Under the pieces are notes generated by a model. That model had not been told where the DNA came from. It did no database searches and worked only from the letters and a program-made list of their open reading frames with translations. A stretch of 35,528 nucleotides of DNA from Fibrobacteria bacterium (GTDB taxonomy: Bacteria > Fibrobacterota > Chitinivibrionia > Chitinivibrionales > FEN-1185): positions 1 through 35,528 of the forward strand of contig JBBIGR010000047.1 of assembly GCA_037447435.1 (NCBI GenBank), given 5' to 3'. Positions 27,200 to 35,528 of the stretch are shown here, piece after piece (the stretch's first letter is position 1; each line of letters starts with the position of its first letter). The translations under genes were made by a program, and so were the position numbers.

Positions 27200-28132
27200 A
27201 TGGCAGACACCGTTATAACCGTCGATAAGCTTTCCAAAAAATTTAATGACAACATCATTTTTAAAGATTGTTCGTTAACAATAGAAAAAGGCGTCGTTTT
27301 CGGACTCGTCGGATTAAACGGCAGCGGCAAAACGACTTTTTTTCGGATTTTGCTCGGATTGCTTAAACCCCAGGATGGACGCGTACGAGTCTTAGGGCAT
27401 GATCCCTGGAAACATGAACCGTCTTACTTTAAAAAATTAGGCGTTATCCTCGATCATGACGGTTTTGCCGGCAATTTGACCGTACGCGATAATCTCCTTG
27501 TTTTTGGAAAAGCAAAAGGCGCTTCACAACCGGACATTGAAGCGTATGTCGACAGATTCTGGAAAGGCACTTTCCTCTGCGACGAGTTTTTCTCGCCTAA
27601 AAAAAAAGTAAAATATTTTTCTCGCGGGCAAAAGATGCAATGCGCGATTTGCAGGGCCTTTCTTGGTTCGCCCCCGGTGCTTTTTCTCGATGAACCGACC
27701 GTTGCATTGGATGTGGAAGCAATCGATCATTTTTATTCGCTTGTTAATCATGCCCGGGCCGAGGGTGCGACCGTTCTTATCAGTTCGCATCATATCGCAG
27801 CCATCGAAGATCTCTGCGATTTGGTCGGTCTTTTACGCGATAAATCGATAGCGGACCTCGATCTTCAAACCAACGATTCGTCATCGCAACCGTGGTATAT
27901 CCGATGCGACGGCAAAGAGCAAAGTGAAACCGTCATTCAATTGCACAGTAAGACTCCCGTCGAGTATTATAACAATGCCTGGCATTTTGAAGTTGTAAAT
28001 CCCCAGACCGCGATTCCGATCATCGTATCCGATCTTGTTTCGCAAGGCATAAAGGTTTTGGAAGTTTCTACGGAAAAAGACTCGTTGAAAAATAAAATTC
28101 GACTTCGAAACGGAATTGCCGAAAAAATATGA
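27200..28132 (+). CDS. ABC-2-type exporter ATP-binding protein
   Basis: GLNGSGKT, FSRGQ, VLFLDEP, ISSH. Confidence 0.92.
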   Translation: MADTVITVDKLSKKFNDNIIFKDCSLTIEKGVVFGLVGLNGSGKTTFFRILLGLLKPQDGRVRVLGHDPWKHEPSYFKKLGVILDHDGFAGNLTVRDNLLVFGKAKGASQPDIEAYVDRFWKGTFLCDEFFSPKKKVKYFSRGQKMQCAICRAFLGSPPVLFLDEPTVALDVEAIDHFYSLVNHARAEGATVLISSHHIAAIEDLCDLVGLLRDKSIADLDLQTNDSSSQPWYIRCDGKEQSETVIQLHSKTPVEYYNNAWHFEVVNPQTAIPIIVSDLVSQGIKVLEVSTEKDSLKNKIRLRNGIAEKI

Positions 28133-28794
28133 AAGATATTATTCCTATTATTCAAAAGGAGTGGGGAAGTTTCGTCGGCAGCGAAAAGGGATTATTCGCT
28201 ATTTATGCAATTTTAATTTTGGTGTGGAGCTTTTTGCCGTTCAATAATTTAGGAACGTTTGCATTGAGCGGGACCGTATGGTGGTTGTTTTTCTCCGTTA
28301 TCATAAGCGGGAATTTTTCCAACAGCGCATTTGTCGCGGAACGGATGAACGGCTCGATGGAAATACTTCTGACCGCGGGATTTTCCCGGTTCGGCGTTCT
28401 TGTCGGTAAAATGATGTTTGTTATTGTAATGTCGGTTATCATCGGATGCCTTTGCTTTTCGCTTTCTTTACTTTGGGTCTCTCTTTTGGGACGCGAGGGT
28501 CTTGCTCCGGGGCAATCGGTCGGTTTTACCTTCGTATTGTATGTCGCGGGTACATTTATGAACGTCTGCGCCGGCGCTTGGTTGTCTATCCGCTTGTCCA
28601 GTCCGAGGCTTATCCCCTTTATAAATATTCTTATCGTCGGTATAGTTTGCGTGATTTTCTATTCGCTGTATTATTCGCTTTTTATATCCGAATGGGCACT
28701 TATCGGCTTACTAGGTCTCGGCGGTTTTATTTTTTGTTTCGCAGCAATAAAGGATTTTGAAAGTGAAAAAATCATTGCACCTATCGACGTGTAA
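28129..28794 (+). CDS. ABC-2-type exporter permease
   Basis: About six TM helices; ERMNGSMEILL..GK motif; ATGA overlap with the ATPase. Confidence 0.85.
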   Translation: MKDIIPIIQKEWGSFVGSEKGLFAIYAILILVWSFLPFNNLGTFALSGTVWWLFFSVIISGNFSNSAFVAERMNGSMEILLTAGFSRFGVLVGKMMFVIVMSVIIGCLCFSLSLLWVSLLGREGLAPGQSVGFTFVLYVAGTFMNVCAGAWLSIRLSSPRLIPFINILIVGIVCVIFYSLYYSLFISEWALIGLLGLGGFIFCFAAIKDFESEKIIAPIDV

Positions 28795-29791
28795 AACGTT
28801 TTTCGCCTGCATTATCTGCGCGTTTTTATTTCAGTGTTCGTCGATGCAAAAACATGCTACCCGGTTTTTAGCTTTCGATACCGATATCGATGTGACTATT
28901 TATTCAAAGTCATCAAAGGTCGAGAAGGATATCGATTCGCTGAAAGCTTTGTGCACCCGAATAGAGGATAAACTCTCGATCAGTAAACCCGAGAGCGAAA
29001 TTTACCGGATCAATCATCGTGCCGATTCCATGGTCACGGTTTCCGATACGCTCAAAAATATTCTGATTGTTTGCAGACAAGAATTTTCGGGCTCCGACGG
29101 TCTGTTCGACGTAACCGTAGAGCCTTTGAAATATTTGTATGGACTTGAATCGCATCAGAAAACCAACCATGTTCCCGAAAAAAGGGAGCTCGACAGTACG
29201 ATGGCGCATATCGGCTTTGGAAAGATTAAATTTATTTCCGATAGCGTTTTAATGATTCCCAATGGCGTTCATCTGGATTTCGGCGGCATCGCGAAAGGGT
29301 TTTTGCTCATTGCTTTGCAAAAATTCCTCATTGCCAAGGGTTATTCAAGTTTTCTCATAAATGCGGGGGGAGACCTGGTTGCCGTCGGCCTTAAACCCGA
29401 TCAAAATCAATGGGTGATCGGCATTCAAAATCCCCGAATTTCCACCGAGCTTGTGTCAACTGTTGCAATAAACGATTGTTGTGTTTTTACCAGTGGTGAT
29501 TATGAACGGTTCTTTATCCAAAACGGTATCCGTTATCATCATCTTTTTAATCCAAAAACAGGAATTCCGGGTAGGTTCAATTCTAGCGCAACAGTGATCG
29601 GAACAAACCCGCTGATCACCGATGCTGCCGTTAAAATCGCCTTTTTAATGCCTGCGCAACAGGCAGTCGATTATTTGACATCAAGGAATATGCCGGGATT
29701 ACTTATCGATACTTCTGGTGTTGGCTGGGCAAATGCGGCAATGAAACCGTTGCTTCGTCCCGAACCAGGATTTGTGGTAAATTTTAAATGA
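28757..29791 (+). CDS. apbE: FAD:protein FMN transferase (lipoprotein)
   Basis: FDVTVEPL, LDFGGIAKG, INAGGD, TSGDYERF, RYHHLFNPKTG; lipobox LFQC. Confidence 0.93.
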   Translation: MKVKKSLHLSTCKTFFACIICAFLFQCSSMQKHATRFLAFDTDIDVTIYSKSSKVEKDIDSLKALCTRIEDKLSISKPESEIYRINHRADSMVTVSDTLKNILIVCRQEFSGSDGLFDVTVEPLKYLYGLESHQKTNHVPEKRELDSTMAHIGFGKIKFISDSVLMIPNGVHLDFGGIAKGFLLIALQKFLIAKGYSSFLINAGGDLVAVGLKPDQNQWVIGIQNPRISTELVSTVAINDCCVFTSGDYERFFIQNGIRYHHLFNPKTGIPGRFNSSATVIGTNPLITDAAVKIAFLMPAQQAVDYLTSRNMPGLLIDTSGVGWANAAMKPLLRPEPGFVVNFK

Positions 29792-29878
29792 AATTTACCT
29801 TCCTTCAAAATTCGATCCATTTTCCCACTCAGGCAGACTTCAACGATTGGAATTTTCGGGGATGCAGGGTATTTAAAA

Positions 29879-31066
29879 TTATTTCTGCGTCACTAAACGA
29901 TTAATAACCAATTCGTACATCGATTGTAGTACTAGTGGAAAACCAGGCAGGATTGAAAAAGAACCTTCGTTATTTTTTATCAAAATAGCATTTACAATTG
30001 CGCGAGGGTGTTGTCGACAATATCGTATCCCTCTTCTTGCTAGGTTTTTTCCGTCTTCGGCAATCGATGGAAAATATTCCAAACACAATATTCCGGCGAA
30101 TAGTGTCGACTGATGTTTTGGGAATAGCCTTTTAAGGATAGAGAACATGACTGCATGGAACTTGAAATAAGAAAAAAGATAGGATAGTTCCAGCCACGTC
30201 CACAACCGAGCCCATTGCTGAAGGGTAAGGTCGAGGCCTTCGTGGGTAATAAATCCGAAATGGTCGAGTCTTGTTCCGTAGGAAAAGAACAAATTAACTA
30301 ATGCGATGAATAAAAAGAATATCCAGAAAGATGTTATGGGTTTTATTAAAGCGGTAAACGACCATGAACGCTGGATTTGGACGCATAAAGAAATCCCTAT
30401 GGCGCACGCGAGCAGGATCCAATAATTATTGATAAATACAATTCCGAAACTGCCAATGAGCAATAAAAGGGAAAATCCGTATTGGGTGCGGTTTGCGTGT
30501 AAAACGGTCGGATGTGAAACCTGCGTTTCCGGATGCGTAAAAGGCTGCGCAATAAGAAAATTTCTCACTATAGGGGTCAGAAAACCTATAATTCCGCCGA
30601 AAATCACAGACGCCAATAGCATAAATGGAAGTTGATACAAAAGATGGCTATTGGCCGATAGAATCCAATATACCGTGAATAATTGACCGATGTTATGGCA
30701 AAATGCTCCTATTATTCCTATACCCAAACAACCCAAGTACCCTCGTTTTCCTGCAATACGCCATGCTATAGCCATTGCAAACGTCGATAAGACGCCGCCT
30801 GTCGTCGCCAATGAAATTGTCAGGAATGAAAAACCGAAAAAGAACCCAACGGTCCATATGCGCAACAGTGAATATAAAATCGCATCTCGTCCCCCAAATT
30901 CAAAAATCCAGATCATGGTAATAATATTGGCAAATCCCGGTTTTAGCCACGGAAGAAACGGCATGCGCGGAATGAAGAATTCCAACGAATTGAGAGCTAC
31001 CGCTACCAGCAACCAAACGGTTTTTTTTACAACCATTTCGTCGACGGTTTTATTGAGTGATTCCAT
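29879..31066 (-). CDS. Gx transporter family (heptaprenyl diphosphate synthase component I-like) protein with C-terminal EcfT/CbiQ-like region
   Basis: LEFFIP..LKPGFANI..GAFCHNIGQL; C-terminal NLFFSYG..ITHEGL..RL. Confidence 0.75.
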   Translation of the reverse strand: MESLNKTVDEMVVKKTVWLLVAVALNSLEFFIPRMPFLPWLKPGFANIITMIWIFEFGGRDAILYSLLRIWTVGFFFGFSFLTISLATTGGVLSTFAMAIAWRIAGKRGYLGCLGIGIIGAFCHNIGQLFTVYWILSANSHLLYQLPFMLLASVIFGGIIGFLTPIVRNFLIAQPFTHPETQVSHPTVLHANRTQYGFSLLLLIGSFGIVFINNYWILLACAIGISLCVQIQRSWSFTALIKPITSFWIFFLFIALVNLFFSYGTRLDHFGFITHEGLDLTLQQWARLWTWLELSYLFSYFKFHAVMFSILKRLFPKHQSTLFAGILCLEYFPSIAEDGKNLARRGIRYCRQHPRAIVNAILIKNNEGSFSILPGFPLVLQSMYELVINRLVTQK

Positions 31067-31430
31067 CAACTTGTTTTCCGGAAAAGTTTACAACAGTAAT
31101 TAAAATATGATTCGGTGCGCAAACTATTTGTTGCCCGTTCATTTTTATGGCACCGGTTTGAATACAAATTCCTTTCGGACATCCCGATTCGATTACCCGT
31201 ACGCTTTTATTGCCAATTGATATTGTAAGCGGCCCGAGGGCGCCTTGGAACGTACATATATTCGGAACATCAAGGGAGTACTTTGCTATTTCGGCATTGT
31301 CTCTGTATACCACAACAACGCCGGGACCGTGAAATGTGAAAAACGGCCAAAATGCAATTGACAGAGCGAGAAGAAATACTATGAGAACGATGTCGAGGGG
31401 AGCAAAATTACGTATGGAGCGATTGGGCAT
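31050..31430 (-). CDS. NusG domain II (DUF1312) protein
   Basis: N-terminal TM; ESGCPKGICIQTG..IVCAPNHILI. Confidence 0.88.
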   Translation of the reverse strand: MPNRSIRNFAPLDIVLIVFLLALSIAFWPFFTFHGPGVVVVYRDNAEIAKYSLDVPNICTFQGALGPLTISIGNKSVRVIESGCPKGICIQTGAIKMNGQQIVCAPNHILITVVNFSGKQVDGITQ

Positions 31431-31495
31431 GGTTTTTTATTAATTCGATAACTGTTGGGCGTTAGGTTCCATTTCCTTGAACCTCCTTGATATCT

Positions 31496-32353
31496 TTACG
31501 GCGAAATATGGTCTTCCGATCTGCTGACCACCGCTTTTGCAAAATATCGGTACTTGCTCATAGATAATCCTACATAGACATTAAACCCGTCGGCATCCCA
31601 CATCGAAAGAGGTGATAACGCATTGCTTTTGATATCAAAAAAGCCAATTCGAAAGGTTTTGCTGGGAAGCCCAAAATTCGGAATCAGGCATTGGGTAAGA
31701 TTTTCGCCGTCTTGTCGGGTAATGCGATTGAGCTTATCGGCTTCGACGGCATCGCTTTCAATCTCGTATTTAATAAATTTGTCGGTTTTATGATCGAAAT
31801 AAAAAGCAGTCAGATATTCGTGGTTGCACCAGTTCATGTCACTCACGTACAGATGATATCCCATATCTACATACGCGTTTTTGCATTTTTCCTTAAATAG
31901 CAATAAAAATGAACGTTTTGAAATCTCAAAAGGGATTCCGAAAGGATCAAATACCGATTTCGGCAGACTGTCTTTTTCACGAAGTGCGTTTTCATAATCT
32001 TCACGTAATATAAGCTCTTTTGTCAAAGAGTCTTCCTTTTGCAGCTGTATTTGCTTTCTTTGTTCGTTCCAAGCAAGTACCTTGCAAGGCAGTGGGGTAT
32101 TACTGCTGTCAACGAATTTTCTATATTCTTGTAACAATGCTTTATATTCCGGGGTTTGCGAAACCGAGATCATATGTTCTTTCCACTGGGTAATCCCCGT
32201 TTTCGACATATAGGCAATATTATCGCCGCATTCGACAATCTCTTTCCGATATTGCACTTCAATGCTGTCAAAGAATACCGTGCGCGGAGAATCGTCCGTG
32301 GCAAAAATTGTAGTCGCATAAAAAAGGAACAGTGTAAATAGCCGCTTTTCCAT
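31496..32353 (-). CDS. Exported hypothetical protein
   Basis: 285-aa ORF with signal peptide MEKRLFTLFLFYATTIFA. Confidence 0.75.
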   Translation of the reverse strand: MEKRLFTLFLFYATTIFATDDSPRTVFFDSIEVQYRKEIVECGDNIAYMSKTGITQWKEHMISVSQTPEYKALLQEYRKFVDSSNTPLPCKVLAWNEQRKQIQLQKEDSLTKELILREDYENALREKDSLPKSVFDPFGIPFEISKRSFLLLFKEKCKNAYVDMGYHLYVSDMNWCNHEYLTAFYFDHKTDKFIKYEIESDAVEADKLNRITRQDGENLTQCLIPNFGLPSKTFRIGFFDIKSNALSPLSMWDADGFNVYVGLSMSKYRYFAKAVVSRSEDHISP

Positions 32354-32396
32354 TTTAATTTATTTCCTTTTCTCCGCAAAACTAGAATTGTAAAGA

Positions 32397-34220
32397 CTAG
32401 CGTTCGCCGATATATCTGCTTGCCCAACTTCTCACTGTTTTACCGTTGAGGACATGGAATTTGCGTAATCTGCGTATCGTTTCCTGGCTGAACATCGATA
32501 AGGGAATCCAAATTATCCGCTTCTTCAGCTTGGATGCTATATTTGTCAATCGTATCCCCGGTTTCTTGGCCGATACGTATGCAACGGATTTTTCCTGAGA
32601 AAACAACAGCCCGCCGTATGCCAATCTCTCCGCGCAATTCCGCAAGTCAAAAACAGCGGGTAGTTCAAATATATTCGGAATCGATCGAGGAGGAAACAAC
32701 AAGGCAAGACCGCCATATTGCGATCTCGCAATACCCGGGCCGATTAAATCGGCAAAGGGATCGGTTGCATAAAACGACAGCGTCGATTCCTCCACATGTT
32801 CAGCATACCATGTTGTTCGATGCGGGTAAAGTTCATCGTGGTCTTCATCAAAAATTATAACCGCAGTATCAATACTGCCGTGCGACGGCGGTAATTCCTT
32901 TACATAGATATCGCCTGAAAACCAGTTGCGCATCGTTTCCCGGATATCGATCCCGTCCTTGACCGAAACGCTGAATTTTTCCGATTTTGCCCTGTCTTCG
33001 CAAAGCACATTCTCGGCTTTTTTTCTTACATGGGAATTGAATGATTCAATGAGTCTGTCTTCGGGAACATGAGAACAAATGCTGCCCGGCTTCCATTGGA
33101 AACGGTATTTTTGCCTCTGTAAATGAGAAGGATCGGGTTTTATCGCTATCGTTCGCCAACGCATTGCCGTGTCACGGAAAACATTGACGCATTCAATGCT
33201 GTTTCGATCGTTCGGCAATTGCATTCTGTCTATACCGATGGATACGAATGAAACGCCGAGTTCAAAGGGGAGATAGGGATAATATTTTGCACTTTTAAAA
33301 ATCTTCAAGGCGAACATGTTGCCGCCGATTCCCTTTGCGGCAGTAACGATGTCGAAAAGCGACGGAATAAATACGCTGTCGGAAAGAGTGAGATTCCGTA
33401 AAAAGGTCAGACCGGCCTGCAGCCGTGAGGGGGATAAATCTATAATATCTTCTTTGAGGTCATGATAATTGTCACGGGTTTCGGTAAATAACGATTTTAC
33501 AGTATCTATAATGTCGGTTTTTTCCCGGAACGCATCATACCGCTCAGACTCGAATTTTGCCGTAATATAGGGTAATTCACCTAAAGCAAAATAGAGGTGG
33601 TCGGGATTGATGAATTCTCGGGTTACTTCAAAATCCGATGGAGCGGGAAAGGACAGATTATGAGTTTTTTCCCGGCCAAAATGATTGATGACGGCCGTAA
33701 AGTGGCGTAAATGGACAAGCACGAGTATGTTGTGGTGGTCAAGATTCAATTGCAAAAGTTTATGTGCAATATATTGCGGGTTCGAATCATCTTCCGCCGC
33801 GTCCTGTTTCTGGGAAGCCAGAAGAGATGCCGTGCATAATGTCATATATTCTTCAAACCCTAATTTTGTGATTGCAAAATCATCGGGTAATGCCGGTATT
33901 GCAGGCATTTTTCGCAGCACGCTTTGACCGATGCAGAAACACGGTATCTGATTTTGAAAACTTTGTCTGATTGCCTCAATTGTCGCGTCGCAGGGATCGA
34001 CAGGAACGTAAAATGCAGGACCGGTCGCGTTCCTGGCAATTACTGCCGAAATGTAGGGAAGGTCCTGTGTTGCCGAAAAAAGAGAATCCTCGAAAAGTTC
34101 GGGTATGTCAACGGCGATGCAATCGAATTTATTTTCTGCGATAAGATCGCGGACATATCGTGAGATTCCGCTTGCGCCATGCCTGTAAGGCACTAAAGTG
34201 ATTTGTGGACTCAGCTTCAC
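32397..34220 (-). CDS. Conserved hypothetical protein, MoxR-associated (N-terminus TraB/ChaN-like)
   Basis: 607-aa ORF 9 nt downstream of the MoxR gene; PYRHG..FDCIAVDIP; CSHVPED; DGIDIRETMRNW. Confidence 0.65.
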   Translation of the reverse strand: MKLSPQITLVPYRHGASGISRYVRDLIAENKFDCIAVDIPELFEDSLFSATQDLPYISAVIARNATGPAFYVPVDPCDATIEAIRQSFQNQIPCFCIGQSVLRKMPAIPALPDDFAITKLGFEEYMTLCTASLLASQKQDAAEDDSNPQYIAHKLLQLNLDHHNILVLVHLRHFTAVINHFGREKTHNLSFPAPSDFEVTREFINPDHLYFALGELPYITAKFESERYDAFREKTDIIDTVKSLFTETRDNYHDLKEDIIDLSPSRLQAGLTFLRNLTLSDSVFIPSLFDIVTAAKGIGGNMFALKIFKSAKYYPYLPFELGVSFVSIGIDRMQLPNDRNSIECVNVFRDTAMRWRTIAIKPDPSHLQRQKYRFQWKPGSICSHVPEDRLIESFNSHVRKKAENVLCEDRAKSEKFSVSVKDGIDIRETMRNWFSGDIYVKELPPSHGSIDTAVIIFDEDHDELYPHRTTWYAEHVEESTLSFYATDPFADLIGPGIARSQYGGLALLFPPRSIPNIFELPAVFDLRNCAERLAYGGLLFSQEKSVAYVSAKKPGIRLTNIASKLKKRIIWIPLSMFSQETIRRLRKFHVLNGKTVRSWASRYIGER

Positions 34221-34229
34221 GGTAAGGGC

Positions 34230-35159
34230 TCAGTCATTATCGTCAACATTGTCGGGATTCAGTTCGTCATCCTGGGGAAAGAAATAATCCCCAAGGTTCG
34301 TAGACTGCATAGTGCCCGCGATCTTTCGTTTTGCTGCCAGTGCGTCCATGTCGAGCGCCTCGTCGCCAAGGATTTGGCGAATGGAATCCGAAAATAATTC
34401 GGCAGTATTAGCCGTAGCATCCAATTGCTTTTTCTTGAGTGTAAACCGTACCGCATTAATACCGTCGCGCACCGAATAGGGGAGGTCCAGTCCGTGAGCT
34501 TTTTGTAAAAACTCGACGCAAATATCAAGCACTTCTTCGCTGCAAAAGGGCAGATTATACGATAAGATCCTTAACTCGTCTTGCCTGTCCGGAAATCCGA
34601 TTTCGATTCCCGGTTGCAGGCGGGACATGATATAGTCGGGGATTTCATACGTCGATGAATCGTCGTTCATGGTTACGACGGCCCTGAATTCCTTGTGCGC
34701 TTTGATGACCATGCCCGCAACGACCGACTCGACGGTTCGCCTGTTGTCAAACAAGCCGGCAAGCGAGGCCCACGATTTTTCCGACATCCGGTTGCCTTCG
34801 TCAAGGACCGCGATGCCGCCGCATAAAGCGGCCGAAAGCAGCGGGCTCGCATGATAGGCTATTTTCCCTTTTTCCGAAAGTACGGGCGTTATCAGAAGGT
34901 CTTCGGGGCGTGTGTCTGCGGTACATTGCATCACATACACGTCTTGGCCGCGACTCTTACCTGCCGAAATTGCCAAGGTAGTTTTTCCGATGCCCGGTAC
35001 GCCGATGAGCCTTGGCGATAGGGGAAGGTCCTGCGGATCAACGGTGAGCCAGCAGGCATGGAGTTGCCGTAACGGTTCGCTTTGGCCGATCCATTCGGCC
35101 GAAACATCGACCGGGTGTGCCAACGTTATCTCGATACTATCAATAACAATGGTACGCAT
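34230..35159 (-). CDS. MoxR/CbbQ-type AAA+ ATPase
   Basis: GVPGIGKT, VLDEGNR, VVTMN, IMSRL, YSVRDGI. Confidence 0.88.
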   Translation of the reverse strand: MRTIVIDSIEITLAHPVDVSAEWIGQSEPLRQLHACWLTVDPQDLPLSPRLIGVPGIGKTTLAISAGKSRGQDVYVMQCTADTRPEDLLITPVLSEKGKIAYHASPLLSAALCGGIAVLDEGNRMSEKSWASLAGLFDNRRTVESVVAGMVIKAHKEFRAVVTMNDDSSTYEIPDYIMSRLQPGIEIGFPDRQDELRILSYNLPFCSEEVLDICVEFLQKAHGLDLPYSVRDGINAVRFTLKKKQLDATANTAELFSDSIRQILGDEALDMDALAAKRKIAGTMQSTNLGDYFFPQDDELNPDNVDDND

Positions 35160-35254
35160 GAATTTTAATAATGTCCTGGGTAAAAAGAATTCGTATAGAA
35201 ACCTAGCTCGAAAAATACCTTTTCCCCGGGGAATCGGCGATAAAATCTGAAGAG

Positions 35255-35527
35255 TTATTCGTCTTTAAAAAGATCTTCCCTGTCCCGGTCTTCCCATAAC
35301 ATCTTTGCCTTGTCTGTCCACTTGTCAATTATGGTAAGGGTCAATTTAGGATCGTCTTTCATTTCTGCGACGCGGGTATTATGCAGATTGGTGAAAACGC
35401 CGACGAAAGAATTGGCCTTTTTTTCATCGCCGAGTTTCAAATTCAATGCTATGACGCTGTATATCACTTGCATTTCAATTTCTTCCGAAGGGCAATTCGA
35501 CGTTCTGAAAGATTCTTCCAAAAAGCC
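35255..35527 (-). CDS. 3' end of a gene running off the window (helical; possibly DUF2225-like)
   Basis: Frame stays open to the window end; the family assignment is weak. Confidence 0.55.
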   Translation of the reverse strand, partial: GFLEESFRTSNCPSEEIEMQVIYSVIALNLKLGDEKKANSFVGVFTNLHNTRVAEMKDDPKLTLTIIDKWTDKAKMLWEDRDREDLFKDE

Positions 35528-35528
35528 G

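Noticed and set aside
30014..30030. CGACAATATC match to boxes 1 and 4
   Set aside because: Inside a coding region of the core part, with no TGTCG right half

Overview
The window has two parts. Bases ~1-24606 look like one end of an AT-richer integrative element, with an excisionase and tyrosine integrase next to the 3' end of a tRNA-Pro(GGG) at 24607-24684; the far att site was not found in the window. Its cargo is a DUF2779 nuclease-like gene cut by a probable IS21-family end, a PcfJ-like gene, a WYL regulator, a frameshifted HD hydrolase, a three-gene cassette (membrane protein, nitrilase-fold protein, tandem Vsr-like nuclease), a double-AAA+ ATPase, two Ser/Thr kinases, secreted beta-helix and PKD/Ig-repeat proteins, and an M23 peptidase with a putative immunity gene. 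Bases ~24607-35528 look like core chromosome: queH, an ispH-UbiA fusion, an ABC exporter, apbE, Gx/NusG-II genes, a MoxR AAA and its partner. The protein families suggest a Fibrobacterota-like host (inference). The strongest signal not explained by the ORF track is a palindrome RCGACR-N5-TGTCGY found four times, each exactly 10 bp upstream of a -10-like hexamer, in front of pcfJ, the WYL gene, the HD gene and the AAA+ gene. This points to an island-encoded DriD/PafBC-like WYL regulon. The nitrilase-fold plus tandem nuclease cassette lying inside that regulon is the best candidate for an undescribed defence system. All calls are by eye from motifs; no searches were run.
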